Positions 1 through 14,192 are shown, counted from the first letter of the stretch. The stretch is DNA of 64,000 nucleotides from Chiloscyllium plagiosum (GCF_004010195.1 NC_057751.1:10613831-10677830); one strand, 5' to 3'. The notes: generated by a model not told the origin, from the sequence alone. Numbers and translations are program-made.

Positions 1-689
1 CCCTCCCCCCATCCCCCCTCACTATTGTATCGACCCTGTTTCCTTCCTGCCAATTCTACCGTCTTCTATGATTGTTTTTCCTGTGAATAATTTTAGCTAT
101 AAATTGTCTTGGTACTCCTTAAATAGATGGTGCTTTGTGAGAGATTTGTTTGAGAGCACTTTCAGATGATGTGCTGTCATGTTTGATGGGCAGTTAGCTC
201 TGACTAATTTTCAAAATGTCTTTTTATATCCCTTTCCATTGGTCTGATGTGGTCAATACATTCAAACTTCAAATTCACATGGGTTTTGGTATCCTGGGCA
301 TAATTTAAATGCTTAAATTCAAATCCGGTTGCCTTAACATCAAAAGGTAACCCCAAAAGCTGATTGTTACATATCAGTTCTCCGTGCTCTCTGCGCCTAC
401 AAGCTAGTCACAGACACATGTATTGTCACAATCTCTCAGCTCAGAAAAGGCCATCTCTGTTTTAAAGTTACCATACATTCTTTCAACTTCTGAACACCAG
501 GCACACCATTGTTTCTGCTGGCTCCTGCCCCATGGAATGTGTGCCTTCCTACTTAGACTCACTTTTTTCCCCCCCTTGTCCAGTCCTTTCTCACTTACGC
601 CTGTATTCTGATGCTTTATGTCAGTTTCAGAATTTCTAATTTGTGGGCATCAGCTGCTGCCTCTTCTTCAAATCGGATGTGCAATCTCT

Positions 690-1000
690 CGACATGTTCA
701 TCCCCCATTAGATAGGCTTCGGGTTGTCTGCTTCTTGCTAGAAAGCAAGGGTGAGCCCGCCCTGTCATCCAACACCACCCTCCTCCACCTCACTGAGTTT
801 GTCCTCACTTCGAGCACTGTCTACTTAAATTTCTCTCACCTTGTTCAGATCTAAGGTATGGTCATAAGCCCCAGTTATGCCTGTCTCTTTGTTGGCTACT
901 TGGAACAATTACTTTCCTGACTTTTAGGCCCTCTCGACTCTCACCTGTTTCTCCATGAGTCAATGACTTCGTTGGTGCTGTATCCCTCTCTCATCTGGAG
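690..1000 (+). mobile_element. Decayed Penelope-like (Neptune-type) reverse transcriptase fragment
   Basis: Translates in pieces as TTLLHLTEFVLT...FSHLVQI*GMVISPSYACLFVGYLEQ, matching the PLE RT pattern TLLRLAELVLT...QIKGVAMG...PSYACLFVGY. Contains stops and frameshifts. Confidence 0.65.
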
Positions 1001-1004
1001 TCTG

Positions 1005-2808
1005 CTCAAGGGGCTCAGTGAGAGTATAAAGGCAGTAGCAGTATGCTTAAGAGAGAAGTGAGGAGGGCAAATAGTGTGTCTGTGAATTCAGAAGGATTGT
1101 ACAAATACATTAAGGACAAAAGACTAATAAGAGAGAGAATAAGACTCTTTAAAGATCAGCAAGGCTGTCTATTTGTGGAACCAGGAGATGGGGGAGATAT
1201 TAAATGAGTATTTTGTATCAGTGTTTACTGTATTGATGGAGAACTTGGGGAAATAAATAGTGGCATCTTGAAAAATGCCCACGTTACAGCGGAGGAGGTG
1301 GCGCTGGATGTCTTAAAACGCATCAAGATGGATAAATTCTTGGGACCTGATCAGGTGTAACCTGGAACTCTGTGGGAAGCTGGGAAAGTGATGGCTGTGC
1401 CTTTTGCTGAGATATTTGTATCATCAATAGCCACGGATGAGGGGCTGGAAGACTGCAAGTTGGCTAATGTGATGCCACTATTTAAGAAAGACGGTAAGGA
1501 AAAGCTAGGGAACTATAGACCAGTGAGCCTGACAGTGGTGATGGGTAAGTTGTTGGAAGGAATCCTGAGGGACAGGATTTACGAGGAATTGGAAAGGTAA
1601 GGACTGACTAGGGATAGTCAACATGGCTTTGTGCATGGGAAATCATGTCTCACAAACATGATTGAGTTTTTGAAGAAGTGTCGAAGAAGATTGATGAGGG
1701 CAGAGCAGTGGACGTGATCTATGTGGACTTCAATAAGGCATTAACAAGGTTCCTCAAGGTAGACTTGTTAGGAAGGTTAGGTCATCTGGAATACACGGAG
1801 AACTAACCATTTTAATGCAGAACTGGCTCGAAGGGAGATGACAGAGTGATGATTAAGGGTTGCTTTTCAGACTGGGGGCTTGTGACCAGTGGTGTGCCAC
1901 AAAGATCGGTGCTGGATTTGTTGCTTTTTGTCATTTATGTAAATTACTTGGATATGAGCATATGGTTAGTATGCTTGTAGGTGACACCAAAATTGGAAGT
2001 GTGGTGAACAGCGAAGAACGCTACCTCCGATTTCAATTGAATCTTGGTCAGATGGGCTGAGGAATGGCAGGTGGAGTTTAATTCAGATTAATGTGAGGTG
2101 CTGCATTTTGGAAAGGCAAATCAGAGCAGGACTTAAACTCTTAATGGTAAGGTCCTGGGGAGTGTTGCTGAACAAAGAGACCTTGGGATGCAGGTTCATA
2201 GTTCCTTGAAAGTAGAGTCTCGGGACAGTGAAGGTGGTGTTTGGTAAGGTTGCCTCTTCAGGTCAGAGCATTGAGTATATGAGTTGGGAGGTCATGTTGC
2301 GGCTGTCTTGGGCATTGGTTAGGCCACTTTTGGGATACTGTGTTCATATCTGCTCTCCCTGCTGTAGGAAGGATGTGAAACATGAAAGGGTTCAGAAAAG
2401 ATTTTTAACAGGCTCGAGTTATTTTCCTTGGAATGTTGGGGGGCTGAGGAGTGATCTTACAGAGGTTGAGAAACTCATAGGGTGAATAGCCAAGGTCTTT
2501 TTCCAAAGAGAGGAAAGTTCAAAACTAAAGGGCATAGGTTTGAGATGAGAGGGAAAATATTTAAAAGGGACTCAAGGGGCAACTTTTTCTCACAGAGGCT
2601 GGTGTGTGGATGGAATAAGCTGCAGAGGAAGTGATGGATGCTGGTACAATTACAACACTTAAAAGGTACCTGAATGGGGATAGAAATAGGAAGGGTTTGG
2701 GGGAATATGGGCCAAGTGCTGGCAGGTAGGACAAGATTAATTCAGGATATGTGGTCAGCATGGACAAGTTGGACTGAAGGCTCTGTTTCCGTGCTGTATG
2801 TCTCTATG
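1005..2808 (+). mobile_element. 5'-truncated CR1-clade LINE (HER1-like), RT region and 3' tail
   Basis: ANVMPLFKK...GNYRPVSLT, GDTKIG and LVRPLLGYC motifs. 3' end ggactgaaggctctgtttccgtgctgtatgtctctatg. Confidence 0.9.
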
Positions 2809-4309
2809 TTTTACTGCTGTTGCAACGTCAGGTTTCTGTAGCCTTTTCTAGAGGGAGGGCATTTGGTTTCTGTTGAACTGTTGGAAAAAAGTCTGGTATT
2901 TAAAGAGAGAAACTTGAAGCTCTCTGACACTCCATTTCCTGCCTTTGAATTGAGAACGTTGGACTGAGCTTGTGATTCTTGACTAGGGTGTGCTGTCATA
3001 TACACAAAGTGAATTGTGCAATCTGATCAGCTTTTTACCTTGAATGTTACAGAAATAGAATGAATCCACCGTCATTGATGGTTCCACTGTTAATTTTAAG
3101 CAATCGATAATTTGCTGTTGGAAAATTTTCCTGTGAATCTAAAGCCACTTTTGTTGCCTTAATAGTGTAAATGTGCTCAATTTGCTGGGATTTGCTTGTC
3201 AAAAAAATGATCCTTCAGAAGAAAAAAAAGCACTTGAATTTATTTTGTTTCATTTTGAAATCACCAGATGTTGAATTTTATATTTTTGTATAAATACTGG
3301 ATGAAAATTTTACTTTCTCTGTGGCAACATCGCTATTTTAGATCTTATATTCTTGTTTCCGTTTTCCCTAACAGTACTGTGCTTCAATTCACACTCTTGG
3401 CTTCCTGTTCGACCCCTGAACGGAAGATTCCAAGAAGAATCAGCAGTTTTTGTAAACATAAATTTGGATCCTCCATACCAGTTTGGCCCAGTCAAAAGGT
3501 AGTATAAGACACATAGACACTCACAAGCCTCTGTTGCACTTATGTGTGACTCCATAAATCCCTGGTCTGGGAGCATCTGAATTTCAAAATATCCATACTT
3601 GTTTTCAAATTACCCTTCCTTTCCTGCCATCCCCATTTCTGTTTCTTCTTCCACCCCGAAATCCTTGAAGAACTTTGTACTGCTCCCAGTTGTGGCCTTT
3701 TTGCACTTCGAGATTTTAATCGCTCTCGTCGGTGATCGAGCTGAACAGTTTTTGACACCGCTCCCACCCCTCCAAAAATCTCTCTCTCTTCACTTCACTT
3801 CACTTCAACTCTTTCATGACCCTCCTCAAAGTGTCCTTTTTTGACCAAGCCTTCAGTCATCTGCCCCATTATCTCATAATAAGAAAAACCAAAAAGAATT
3901 GATAGACATGCTGACCAGCACAACGCTTGTAAAGTATCATCCACTTGAAATGTCAACTGTTTCCCTCTCCATAGATGTTGTCAGCGCTGTGCGAGTATTT
4001 CCACAGTTTTCTAATGTTACTACAGATTTTATGTTTCCTTAGTATTTTGCATTTGTCATGAGTGTATGATTCTGTTGATGTTTTGATCAAGGTGCTCCAC
4101 AAAAACAAAGTTCAGCTGATTCCGAGTTATTCAGTAGCATATAATGAAGGATCTGAATTTTGAATTCTTACGTTCCTTCTGGATTATGTTTTAATTGAAT
4201 AAAGACTTGAAATGCCTCACTTTTGGTCATACCTTCGTCAAAGGAATTGGCAGTATTCTGGCTAAATACTTACTTAACCAAGCTGCAACCAAGAGTTCTT
4301 CAAGCGTTG

Positions 4310-4672
4310 AGAGTCGTATAGTCATACAGCATGGAAACAAACCCTTCACTCCAACTCATCCATGCAGATCAAGTTTCCCAAGCTAAACTAGTCATTTGCT
4401 TGAATTTGACCCATTTCCTTCTAAGCATTTCTTATTCATCGACCTGTCCAAATGTCTTTTGAATGTTGCAACTGTACCTGCATCTACCGCTTCTTCTGTC
4501 ACTTCAAGTCATGTACGAACCTCTCTCTGTGAGAGAAAGTTGCCCCTCAGCTCCCTTCTAAATCTTTGTTCTGTCACCTTAAAATTATGCCCTTTAGTTT
4601 TGAACTCTCCTTTCAGGGAAAAAGACGTTTGTCATTCAACTTATCTGTACCCCTCATGATTTGATAAACCTC
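4310..4672 (-). mobile_element. CR1 LINE 3' end fragment
   Basis: Reverse complement of the CR1 3' end seen at 2480-2808. Confidence 0.8.
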
Positions 4673-4902
4673 TTCGGTACATATTAGTTCTTGAGTATAG
4701 CAACAGGTGTCGGATGTTGATCTCTTCTCGCCTGCTTTGCCATTTAGTGGGACTGTGACTGATCTGTTTTTAATTACATTTACTCATTTTCACACCCTGT
4801 CCTTTAATAGATATTTAACCCAAGGTCTTGTGGTTATAATCTTGTTTACAAGTGAGACAGATGCAGTCAGTATTTTCATAAGGGCATTATCTTGTTTTCA
4901 AG

Positions 4903-5216
4903 GCTTTCAAAAAGTTTGAACATTATTCTCTTCAAGATAATGAGAGACGGTTGAAAGAACTGGAGAAGAAACTCAAGAGCAAGAACGTGGAAGAGGACAA
5001 ACCATGCGTTCCACTTCCTGGCCAGGAGGTGGAGGTTGAGTCAACAGCAGAGGAACAACCAGAAGCAGAAGCAAGAGAGTCAGATGAACAGAACAGCAAG
5101 CCAACGCAGAATGATGATCAAAAGATGCCTGCAGATTTTCAGCAAGTGATTGATCCACCACTCGAGGGCGCTGCTGCAGCCCCAGTTGTGAAAAAGGAGC
5201 AGTCTGACCCATTGAA
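4903..5216 (+). CDS. nudcd3: NudC domain-containing protein 3, coding exon 2 (AFKKFEHYSLQDNERRLKELEKKLKSK...EQSDPL)
   Basis: Acceptor ttgttttcaAG ends at 4902 and donor GTatgt starts at 5217. The 314 nt exon is open and ends in phase 2. Translation resembles human NUDCD3 exon 2 as recalled (VFKTFDHMARQDDEKRRQELEEK...PVPVQEIEIDST). It splices in frame to 14193. Confidence 0.9.
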
Positions 5217-5629
5217 GTATGTGTGCACATTTATTCTAAGATAAAATGCAAATAAGAATCTGTATCGTTTCTTTGAGGTGGCTCTGAGGATATTGGTAGT
5301 TGCAATAGCCTTTTGCCGGAGACCTGAAATGGGTTAGTGTCTTTGCTTCTTTCTTGTTTCACTCAAATGTCACCTGACTGTGTGAAGTAAATGTGACAGA
5401 TTCTCTACTGCATTGCAGATATTACTTGTCACGGGGTTTGATTCACTGTCTGACTGCTCCCCATCTAGTGTTTGTACTTGGCTTTAGCTGTGTCCCAGCT
5501 TGAATGACTGGTGAACAGAGTTTTAAAATGAGACAAGTGGATGCGTCTTAGAAAGCACAATGGGAAGTAACAATGTAAAGTAAACAGTAAGATTTTAAAA
5601 AGTGAGCAGAGAATCACCAAATTGTATAA

Positions 5630-6200
5630 GTGGTTCCAGCACCACAGAAAGCAGCTATTTGGCTAATTATGTCTGTACTGGCTCTCTGCCAAAGCAACTC
5701 TGTGAAACCCACCTGTCTGGGTTTACCTTGTCCCCCTGAAATTTCTTTTTCTCTGGATAATTGGCTGATTTTTTTATTTTTTTTTTTGAAAGCTTTTATT
5801 TAATCTGCTTCCACTACATACGCAGGCAGTGCATTCCAGATCCTTTGACATTTGGCTTCTGTTGCCCTTTCTCGTTTTGCCCATTACCTTAATCCAGCAT
5901 CCTCTAAAATCTTCCTGCAAATCACAGCAGTTTCTGTCTTTCGATTCTGTCTCAACCCCTCTGTGGTTTTGAGCACCTCCCACCCTTTTTCACTTTTCAC
6001 TTCTCCAAAGAGACCTAACCCATCATCTCCATCCAAAGGATTTCATGTGTCTTCCTCATCCCTGGACTAATTTTTGTGAATTATTTTCTGCATCTTCTGT
6101 GTTGCCTTTACCTACTGACTGTTTGTTTGGTGCCCAGAACTGGACACACCACTCTCAATAGTGTTATGTAGATTTTTATGTCCTGTCCATGTTTTTGAAT
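5630..6200 (-). mobile_element. Old, highly decayed CR1 3' fragment
   Basis: Weak reverse-strand similarity to the CR1 3' region (e.g. gtgcccagaactggacacacca reads YCVQFW-like). Confidence 0.5.
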
Positions 6201-6329
6201 TCCAGGCTCTATTGATAAATCTTGACTTCACTTTACTGTACTTTATTTTATGCAAAGGGTCACAAATCTAATTACAGGTACAATAGGTGAGGAGACACCT
6301 CAGAGAAGGAGGGCACTCAATGCAGGACT

Positions 6330-8170
6330 GAGGATTCTGTACTTAAATGCACATAGTGTATGAAACAAGGTAAATAACCTTGCAGTGCAGTTTGAAATTG
6401 GCAGGTATGATTTTGTGGGCATCACATGGATACAGCTGCAGGATAGTCAGGACTGGTAAATAAATATCCAAGGATACACATCCTCTGGAAAGGCCAGACA
6501 GATGGGTTGAGGGGGCAGTGTTGCCTTGTCAGTAAGGATTGAAATGAAATTAACAGCAAGACGTGATATAGCATTGGAAGCTGTCGAATCTGTGTAAGTC
6601 GAGTTGAGGAGAAAAGACCCTGATGGGAGTTGAGTACAGGCCTCCAAAGAGTCATCAGGATGTGAGGAAGAAAATAAAGCAGATAGAAAGGCATGTAAGA
6701 AAGGCATTATTACAATAAACATGGGGGACTTCAATATGCAGGTGGACTGGGAGAGTCAGGTTGGTGATGGATCTCAAGATAAGGAGTTTGTGGTGTGTCT
6801 ATGGGGTTTGTTTTGGAACAGCCTGTGTTCGAGCCAACTAGGGAACAGAGTTCTGGATTTGGTGATGAGTAATGAAGCAGGCTTGACTGGGGAGCTTAAG
6901 GTGAAGGAACCCTGAGGGTACAGAGGAGGGGGGGTGGAAATGAGGCAACGTGGCTCACAAGGGAAGTCAAGGGCAACATAAAAGCAAAAGAAAGAAACGT
7001 CCAATGTGGTGAACATCAGCAGGAAGCCAGAGGATTGGCAAGTTTTTAAAAATCAGTGAAGAACAACAAAAAACAGCAGTTGGAGGCAGAAGGTGAAAGA
7101 TGAGAGTGAGCTAACTCGTGGTATCAAACCAGATCACAAGCGTTCTTTTTAAGTATCCAAAAGAAAGGTAGGAATGTGTATTGGACCATTGGAAATTCCA
7201 AGATGGCAGTTGGTGAAAGTAGAATTCTGTAGGGGTCCAGGTTGGGAGCACAAATGTTCATTTTGTACACTAACGATCTGGACGAAGGAATATTGTAGCT
7301 AAATTTGCAGATGATACAAAGATAGATGGAGGGGCAGGGAGTGTTGAAGAAGCTGAAAGGTTGCAAAATGGCTTGGATTGGTGAGGAGAGTGGGCAAAGA
7401 GGTGCAAGATGGAATACAATGTGGGGAGGTGTGAGATTTTGCACTTGGGTAAGAATAGAGATGTAAATTATTTTCTAAACCGGGAAAGGCTTCAGAAAGT
7501 TCAGAATTCTCTTCAGGTTAGCGTGCAGGATCAGTTGGCAGTAAAGAAGGCAATTGCAAGGTTCGCATTCATTTCAAGAGGACTAGAATGCACTCACAGA
7601 AAGGTACTACTGAGGCTGTGGTCAGACTGTGTTTGGAATATTGTGCACAGTTTTGGGGCCTTTTATCTCAGGAAGAATGTGCTGGCATTGGAGGGATGCC
7701 AGAGGAGATGGAGAAGAACGACACTGGAGATGAAGGGCTTACGATATGACGAGCAGTTGAGGACTCTGGGGCTGTCCTCAGTGGAGTTTAGAAGGATGAG
7801 GGAGGAACTGTTTGAAACTTTAGTAACACTGAGAGACCTTGATTGAGTTGGCATGGCGAAGATGTTTCCACTTATCGGAGAGACTAGGACCCAAGGGTAT
7901 AGCCTCAGAGTGAATTGGCGATCCTTTAGAACTGACATGAGGAGAACTATCTTCAACCAGAGGGATGTGAATCTGTGAAACTTGCTGCTGCAGAGGGCTA
8001 TGGAGGCCAAGTCAGTGAGTGTATTTAAGATAAATGGGCAGGTTCTTGATTAGTAAGAGTATTGACTGTTTCGGGAGAAGGCCAGAGAATGAATTTGAGA
8101 AACATCTAAGTCATGATCAGATGGCGAACTAAACTTGAAGGACTGAATGGCCTAATTCTGTCGTATGATT
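6330..8170 (+). mobile_element. Internally deleted CR1 LINE (APE endonuclease, RT and 3' end)
   Basis: MGDFNMQVDW (APE), KFADDT, MEYNVGRCEILHLG and a CR1-type 3' end near 8160. Confidence 0.85.
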
Positions 8171-9230
8171 TTCAGTCTGACCATTTCTTGAAGATGCCAT
8201 CTTCTGTAGAACAGGTGCTTAGAACTTGTAGGTGCCTCTGCTCATTCAACCCTTGCGAATTTTACCCGATAGCTTTATGTTGCCTCTCCTCATTGTTGCT
8301 ATCAGAATGAATCATTTCATGTGAGACTAAACAAACTCAGTGATTCACACACATGTCTTTGAAGATGGATAAAGAAGCTAACAGCACTTGGGGAGAAAAA
8401 GAATCTGTGATCATGGGCTTTCTGACTGGAGGAATGAGAACGAAAACTTAATGAATATATGCAATGGAGTATGGTAAACAGTGTTGCTCATGTATCATCC
8501 TGCTTTCCCCCCTCAGTTGAAGCAAAACAATCAGAGACATAGTTTGGTTTTACCTCCTTTGACTTTACTCTGGGCCCTGGAGGGACAGGGGCCCAGAGTA
8601 TGTGTATAGGGGCATGAGTTCACGGTCCTTTCTGGAATAGCAGTTTCTTAAAGAATTATATAGTAATTTTACAGGGAGGAGCATCCAGATAAGGCAACAT
8701 CTGTATTGATTGGGTGACTATAACAATCAGCAAGCATCAACAGTTAAAGCTGAAGCCATCTGCTGTTACACAATGAATTTTCTTAACCTTAACTGGCTTC
8801 GCATAATGAATATTTTTCACCTTGTTAAACTGACCTTACATACTGAATGCTTCCAATATTGTTAAATGGCTCTCCATAATGAATGCTTTTCCACATTATC
8901 CCATTCCCCTTGCCTCCGGCACCCCAATGTTAACTGCAAGATCTTATCTGATCTGAGTCATGCTCAGCTGAACCTCATGTTTCACAAAATTCAGAATCTT
9001 AACTCTTTCCCTGCCTGCTTATAACCCTATACACATTCTTGCATGAAGTGCTATGGCTACTGTTTCTCTTGCTATAAATGACATGGATATTGGAATACAA
9101 AGTATAATTTCAAGATTTGGCAATGATACCCCACGCAAGCATCTGAAATGGTAAGGACGGCACTAATTGTCTGCCATAGGGCATAGACTAGCAGAATCAG
9201 CAGACACCGGTAAACTTTGCCATGGTGTTT

Positions 9231-9546
9231 GATTAGATTACTTACAGTGTGGAAACAAGCCCTTCGGCTCAACAAGTCCACACCGACCCTCCGAAGAGCA
9301 ACCCACCCAGACTTATTCCCCTAAATTTACCCCTTCACCTAACACTACGGGCAATTTAGCATTGATAATTCACCTGACCTACACATCTTTGGACTGTGGG
9401 AGGAAACCGGAGCACCCCGAGGAAACCCACGCAAATACGGGGAGAACATGCAAACTCCACACAGACAGTTGCCTGAGGCAGGAATTGAACCTGGGTCCCT
9501 GGCGCTGTGAGGCAGCAGTGCTAACTACTGTGCCACTGTGCCACCC
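9231..9546 (-). mobile_element. HE1-type tRNA-derived V-SINE
   Basis: Minus strand has a tRNA head (GGCACAGTAGTTAGCACTGCTGCCTCAC...GGTTCAATTCC), a central GGAGTTTGCA domain and a CR1-like tail ending (AATCT)n. Confidence 0.88.
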
Positions 9547-9559
9547 TTGACAAGCTGCT

Positions 9560-9870
9560 TTTTGTTAAAAGGGACAGGAGACAATCCCATCGTTCTAAAT
9601 AGTGTACAGGAGCAGATGGATGTTGTATGTGCATATGTACAGATTTTTGCAGGTGACAGGATATATTGAGAGCATGGTTAGTAAAGCATACTGGATTTTG
9701 GGCTTTCTAAGTAGATATTTTGAGTGCAATCTAAAGGGTTGTGAATTGGTGGAATTCCCTGACTCATGAAGCAGTTGAGGCTCCCTCATTGAGTGTTTTT
9801 AAGGCAAAAATGGATAGATTTTTGATGAGCAAATTATGGTTATGGTGCGCAGGTGGGTAAGTGGAGATGA
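9560..9870 (+). mobile_element. Decayed CR1 3' fragments
   Basis: CR1 RT C-terminal and 3' UTR-like sequence. Confidence 0.55.
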
Positions 9871-9879
9871 TTCAATGAA

Positions 9880-12800
9880 AAGATGAAGTCCTCTTGCGTG
9901 ATTACACAGAGCTAGGAAAAAAGTTAAAAAGCAGGACCTTGTTGGTAGTAATCTCCAGATTTCTTCCAGTGCCACGTGCTAGTGAGGGTAAGAACAGGAG
10001 GACATGGCAGGTGAATGCGTGGCTAAAGAATTGGTGCAGGGCACAGGGATTCAGATTTTTAGCTCATTGGGATCTTTTCTGGGGCAGAAGTGACCTGTTC
10101 AACAGGGACGAGTTGCACTTGAACTGGAGGGGGACCAATATCTTGGTGGTCAGGTTTGCTCGTGCTTCAAGGAAGGGTTTAAACTAGATTGGCAGAGAGG
10201 TGGAATCCTCAATTGCAGGGAGGCAAATGTGCGGCTGGAAGGAAATACAATGCTCAGAAATAGTAAAGTGAAGAGGCAGGTCAGGCTGGAAAGTGACATC
10301 GAGCAAGGAATGCCTGTTGGATTAAGTTGCATCTATTTCAATCTAAGAGGGCTGACAGATAAGGCCGATGAACTCAAGGCCTGGGTAGGTACGTGGGACT
10401 GGGATATTAAAGCCATTATAGGAACATGGCTAAAGGAGGGACAGGACTGGCAGCTTAATGTGCCAGGGTACAGGTGCTTTAGATGGGATAGAGGTGGTGG
10501 AAGGAGGGGAGGGGGAGTTGCATTTTTCATTCAGGTGAGTGTCGCAGCAGTAGTCAGAGATGAAATAACTGAAGGATCACCAAGTGAAGCTTTGTGGGTG
10601 GAACTAAGAAATTAGAAGGGGATGCTGATGTTATTGGGGTTGTACCCAAGTAGTCAGTGGGTATTAGAAACAAATACGCAGAGAGATTGTGGAGACTTGG
10701 ATGAATAATAGGGTGTCATAATCGGGGATTTAAATTTTCCCAAAATGGACTGGGACTGCCATAGCGTTAAGAACTTAGATGCGGTGGAATTTGTTAAGTG
10801 CGTTCAGTAAACTTTCCTTGAGCAGTATAGGGGCGGCACGGTGGCTGTGGTTAGCACTGCTGCCTCACAGCCCCAAGGTCCCAGGTTTGATTCCTGCCTC
10901 GGGTGACTGTCTGTGTGGAGTTTGCACGTTCTCCCGGTGTTCGCGTGGGTTTCCTCAGGGTGCTCCTGTTTCCTCCCACAATCCAAAGATGTGTGGATCA
11001 GGTGAATCGGCCATGCTAAATTGCCCGTCGTGTTAGGTGCATTAGTCAGAGGGAATAGGTCTGGGTGGGTTACTCTTCGGAGGGTTGGTGTGGATTGGTT
11101 GGGCCGAAGGGCCTGTTTGCACACTAGGGAATCGTAATAATAATATAGAGGGTCCGGCTCAGGAAGCAGTGCAGAACAGGTGACTGAGGTGACAGTGGGG
11201 GAGAACTTTGGGACCAGTGACCCATAGTTCTATTAATTTTAAAATAGTTACGGAGAGGGACAACACTGGTCCGCAGATTCAAGTTCTAAGTTGGGACAAG
11301 ACAGATTTTGATGGAATTAGAGGAGCTTTTCAGGGGTTGATTGGAGTGGTTTATTTGCAGGTAAAGGGACCTCGGGCACGTGGGAGGCCTTTAAAAGTGA
11401 GATAGCTAGAGTTCAAGGTCTGTATGTTCCTGTGAGGGTGAAGGGCAAGGTTGGCAGGAATAGGGAACCCTGGATGTCAAGGGATATTGAGGCTTTGACC
11501 AGAAAAAAGAAGGAAGTGTGGCTCAGGTACAGGCAGCCGGGATCAAGGGAATCCCTGGATATATTGAAGGAATACTGGAGTTTACTGAAGAAGGAAATCA
11601 GGAGGGCACAAAGGGGGCACAAGATAGTCTTGGTTGAGAAGATTAAGGTGAATCCAAAGAAGTTCTTTGTTAAAGGAAAAAGAATAACTGGAGAGAGAAG
11701 AGAACGCTCAAGGACCAAAGTGAATATGCATATGTAGAACTGCAGGAAATGGGTGAGGTTCTCAATGAATATTTCTTGTCTGTGTTTACCATGGAGAAAG
11801 ACATGAAGACTTGGGAAAATTAGTGGTGATGTTTCGGGGACTGTCCATATCACAGTCGAGGTGGTGTTGGATGTGTTAGAACATATAAAGGTGGATAAAT
11901 CTCCTAGCCCTAACCAGATATTTCCAAGAACACTGCTTGAGACTAGAGCAGACATCGCAGGGCTTTTGCTAATACTTTACAATCATGGTTAGCCCCTGGT
12001 GAGGTCCCAGAATACTGGAGGGTAGCTAATGTTGTGCCATTATTCGAGAAGGGCTGCAAAGACAAACCTGGGAATGATAGCCCAGTAAGCTTAACATCAA
12101 TGGTGGGTAACTTAATTGGGAAGGTTCTGAGGAATAAGATATACATGCATTTGGAAATACAGGGCTTGATTAGGAGCAGTCAGCATTGCTTTGTGAGTGG
12201 GAGATCATGCCTCACAAATTTGTTAGAGTTCTTTGATGAAGTGACCAGGAAGGTTGATGAGGGCAGGGTGGTAGACATAGTCTATGTGGATTTTACTAAA
12301 ACCTTTGATAAGATTCCACACGCTAGGCTGCTCTGGAAGGTTAGTCGCATGGGATCCAAGGTGAGCTGGCAAATTGGATACACAATTGGCTTGATGGTCG
12401 GATGCAGAGGGGAATCGTGGAAGGATGCTTATTGTACTGGACACCTGTGACTGGAGGAGTACCTCGGGTCGGTGCTGGGCCCATTGCTGTTTGTTACCTC
12501 TATCAATGATTAATAAGTTTGATGATGACATGAAAATAGGTGGTATCGTGGACAGTGAAGAAGGTGATCAGGAATTGCAGCAGGACCTTGATCAGCTGGG
12601 GAAGTGGGCTGAGAAATGGCAAATGGAATTTGATACAGCTAAGTGTGAGGTCTTGCATTTTGGAAAGTCAAGTCAAGCCAGGAGTTTCATGGTGAATGCT
12701 AGGGCCTTAAGGAGTGTCGTGGAACAGAGGGACCTTGGAGTTCAGGTTCACAGTTCTCTGAAAGTGGAGTCACAGGTAGACAGGGCAGCGAAGAAGGCAT

Positions 12801-13325
12801 TTGGCACACTTGCCTTTATCAGTCAGGGCATTGCGAATAGAAGTTGGGAAGTTATGTTGCAGTTGTACAGGACATTGGTGAGGCCGCATTTGGAGTATGG
12901 TGTTCAGTTTTAGTCACCTTGCTACAGGAAAGGTTCAGAAGAAATTTGCAAGGATGTTGTCAGGTCTCAAGGGTCTGAGCTCACAGGAGAGGTTGGACAA
13001 GCTGGGACGTTTTTCTTTAGCGTGTAGGAGACTGAGGGGGGATCTTAGAGGTTTATAAGATCATGAGAGTCATGGATAGGGTGAATGCACTCTTTTTCTT
13101 TTTCCCCCCAAGATTGCGGACTGGAGGACATCAGGTTAATGTGAGAGGGGAATGAATAAAAGGGAACATGATGGGCAAGTTTTTTTTTTACACAGGGGAG
13201 CATGCACGTGGAATCAACTGCCAGCAGAAGTGGTTGAGGTGGGTACATTAACAATATTTGAAAGACATTTGGACAAATAGGAAAGGTTTCGAAGGATATG
13301 GGCCAAGTGCAGGGAAATGAGATTC
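9880..13325 (+). mobile_element. Near-complete decayed CR1 LINE: SGNH-esterase ORF1 end, APE, RT and 3' UTR; interrupted by a SINE
   Basis: ORF1 end VNAWLKNWC...FRFLAHWDLF...RDELHLN (9894-10187); APE CIYFNLRGL...GYRCFRWDR...GGGVAFFI; RT PVSLTSMVG...VYVDFTKTFDKIPH, FDDDMKIGG, LVRPHLEYGVQF. Many stops. Confidence 0.92.
10830..11143 (+). mobile_element. HE1-type SINE nested in CR1 ORF2
   Basis: GGGCGGCACGGTGGCT...GGTTAGCACTGCTGCCTCACAG head and GGGCCGAAGGGCCTGTTT tail. The CR1 endonuclease sequence resumes after it. Confidence 0.9.
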
Positions 13326-14192
13326 GTGCTCCATTGAAAAAAATTGTGCATTTGGTAACTTAGTACATTGGATGCCTGACCGACATAAAAAGCCAAAACA
13401 TTAACATGCAGTATTGAAACTTGAGATACATTTAAGATGATGCAAATGTTTTTGTTGGACCCACTCTGCTAAATGCCCACAGTTGGTGGTCCTTTTCCTG
13501 AAATTTACAGCAATGTTTTCTGAGTGTCTATGAAACTTTATGACCAGGAAGATGTAAATGAAGATTTTTGTTGCTTCATTAATGAACAAACATGAACCTT
13601 GTCGCTTTCGCATTGAGAAGTGATTTATCACATCATATCATAGTGACTTGGCTCATCTGTGTGAAAATGAAGCTGTCCATTGCCCAGTTTTTCACCACCA
13701 ATACCACCTCCAAACTGGGTGAGTTATTGGTTAAGATGCCAGATAAAACCTCTTTGGTTGTTAAAATCCCTCAGCTGGTCAAGGATGTCCTATGTCACAG
13801 ATCTAAAATTAAACAAATGGAGAACTGCTGTAAGTTGGACAATTCTGAAGCTTCTTCAAGCTGGGTTTGATTTATGTACAGCTGAAGAGATCCATAGAAC
13901 ATGTTTGGGTGATGCTGTTGTAACATTTGATTGGCATGAATCTGTGTCATGAAATTATCTGAGGGTTCATACCATTTTGGATATTGAGGTTTAAAGAAAT
14001 GGCAATGTTTTGCACTTGGTACGCATGTGGTTGTGTACCCATGGCTCAGTTGTTCTTCTAGTTGTGTTCTGTGGAGAAAGTTTGATGACTTTGGTACTGA
14101 GAGGTGGGAAAGTCATAGTCTGCAAATTTATTGTCTGACGTTATAGGAATGGCACATTGCTTGTGCTGACTTTTTTCTTGGTTTATTTGCAG

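Noticed and set aside
9880..13325. Active autonomous LINE or domesticated RT gene
   Set aside because: Multiple stops, frameshifts, deletions and a SINE insertion.
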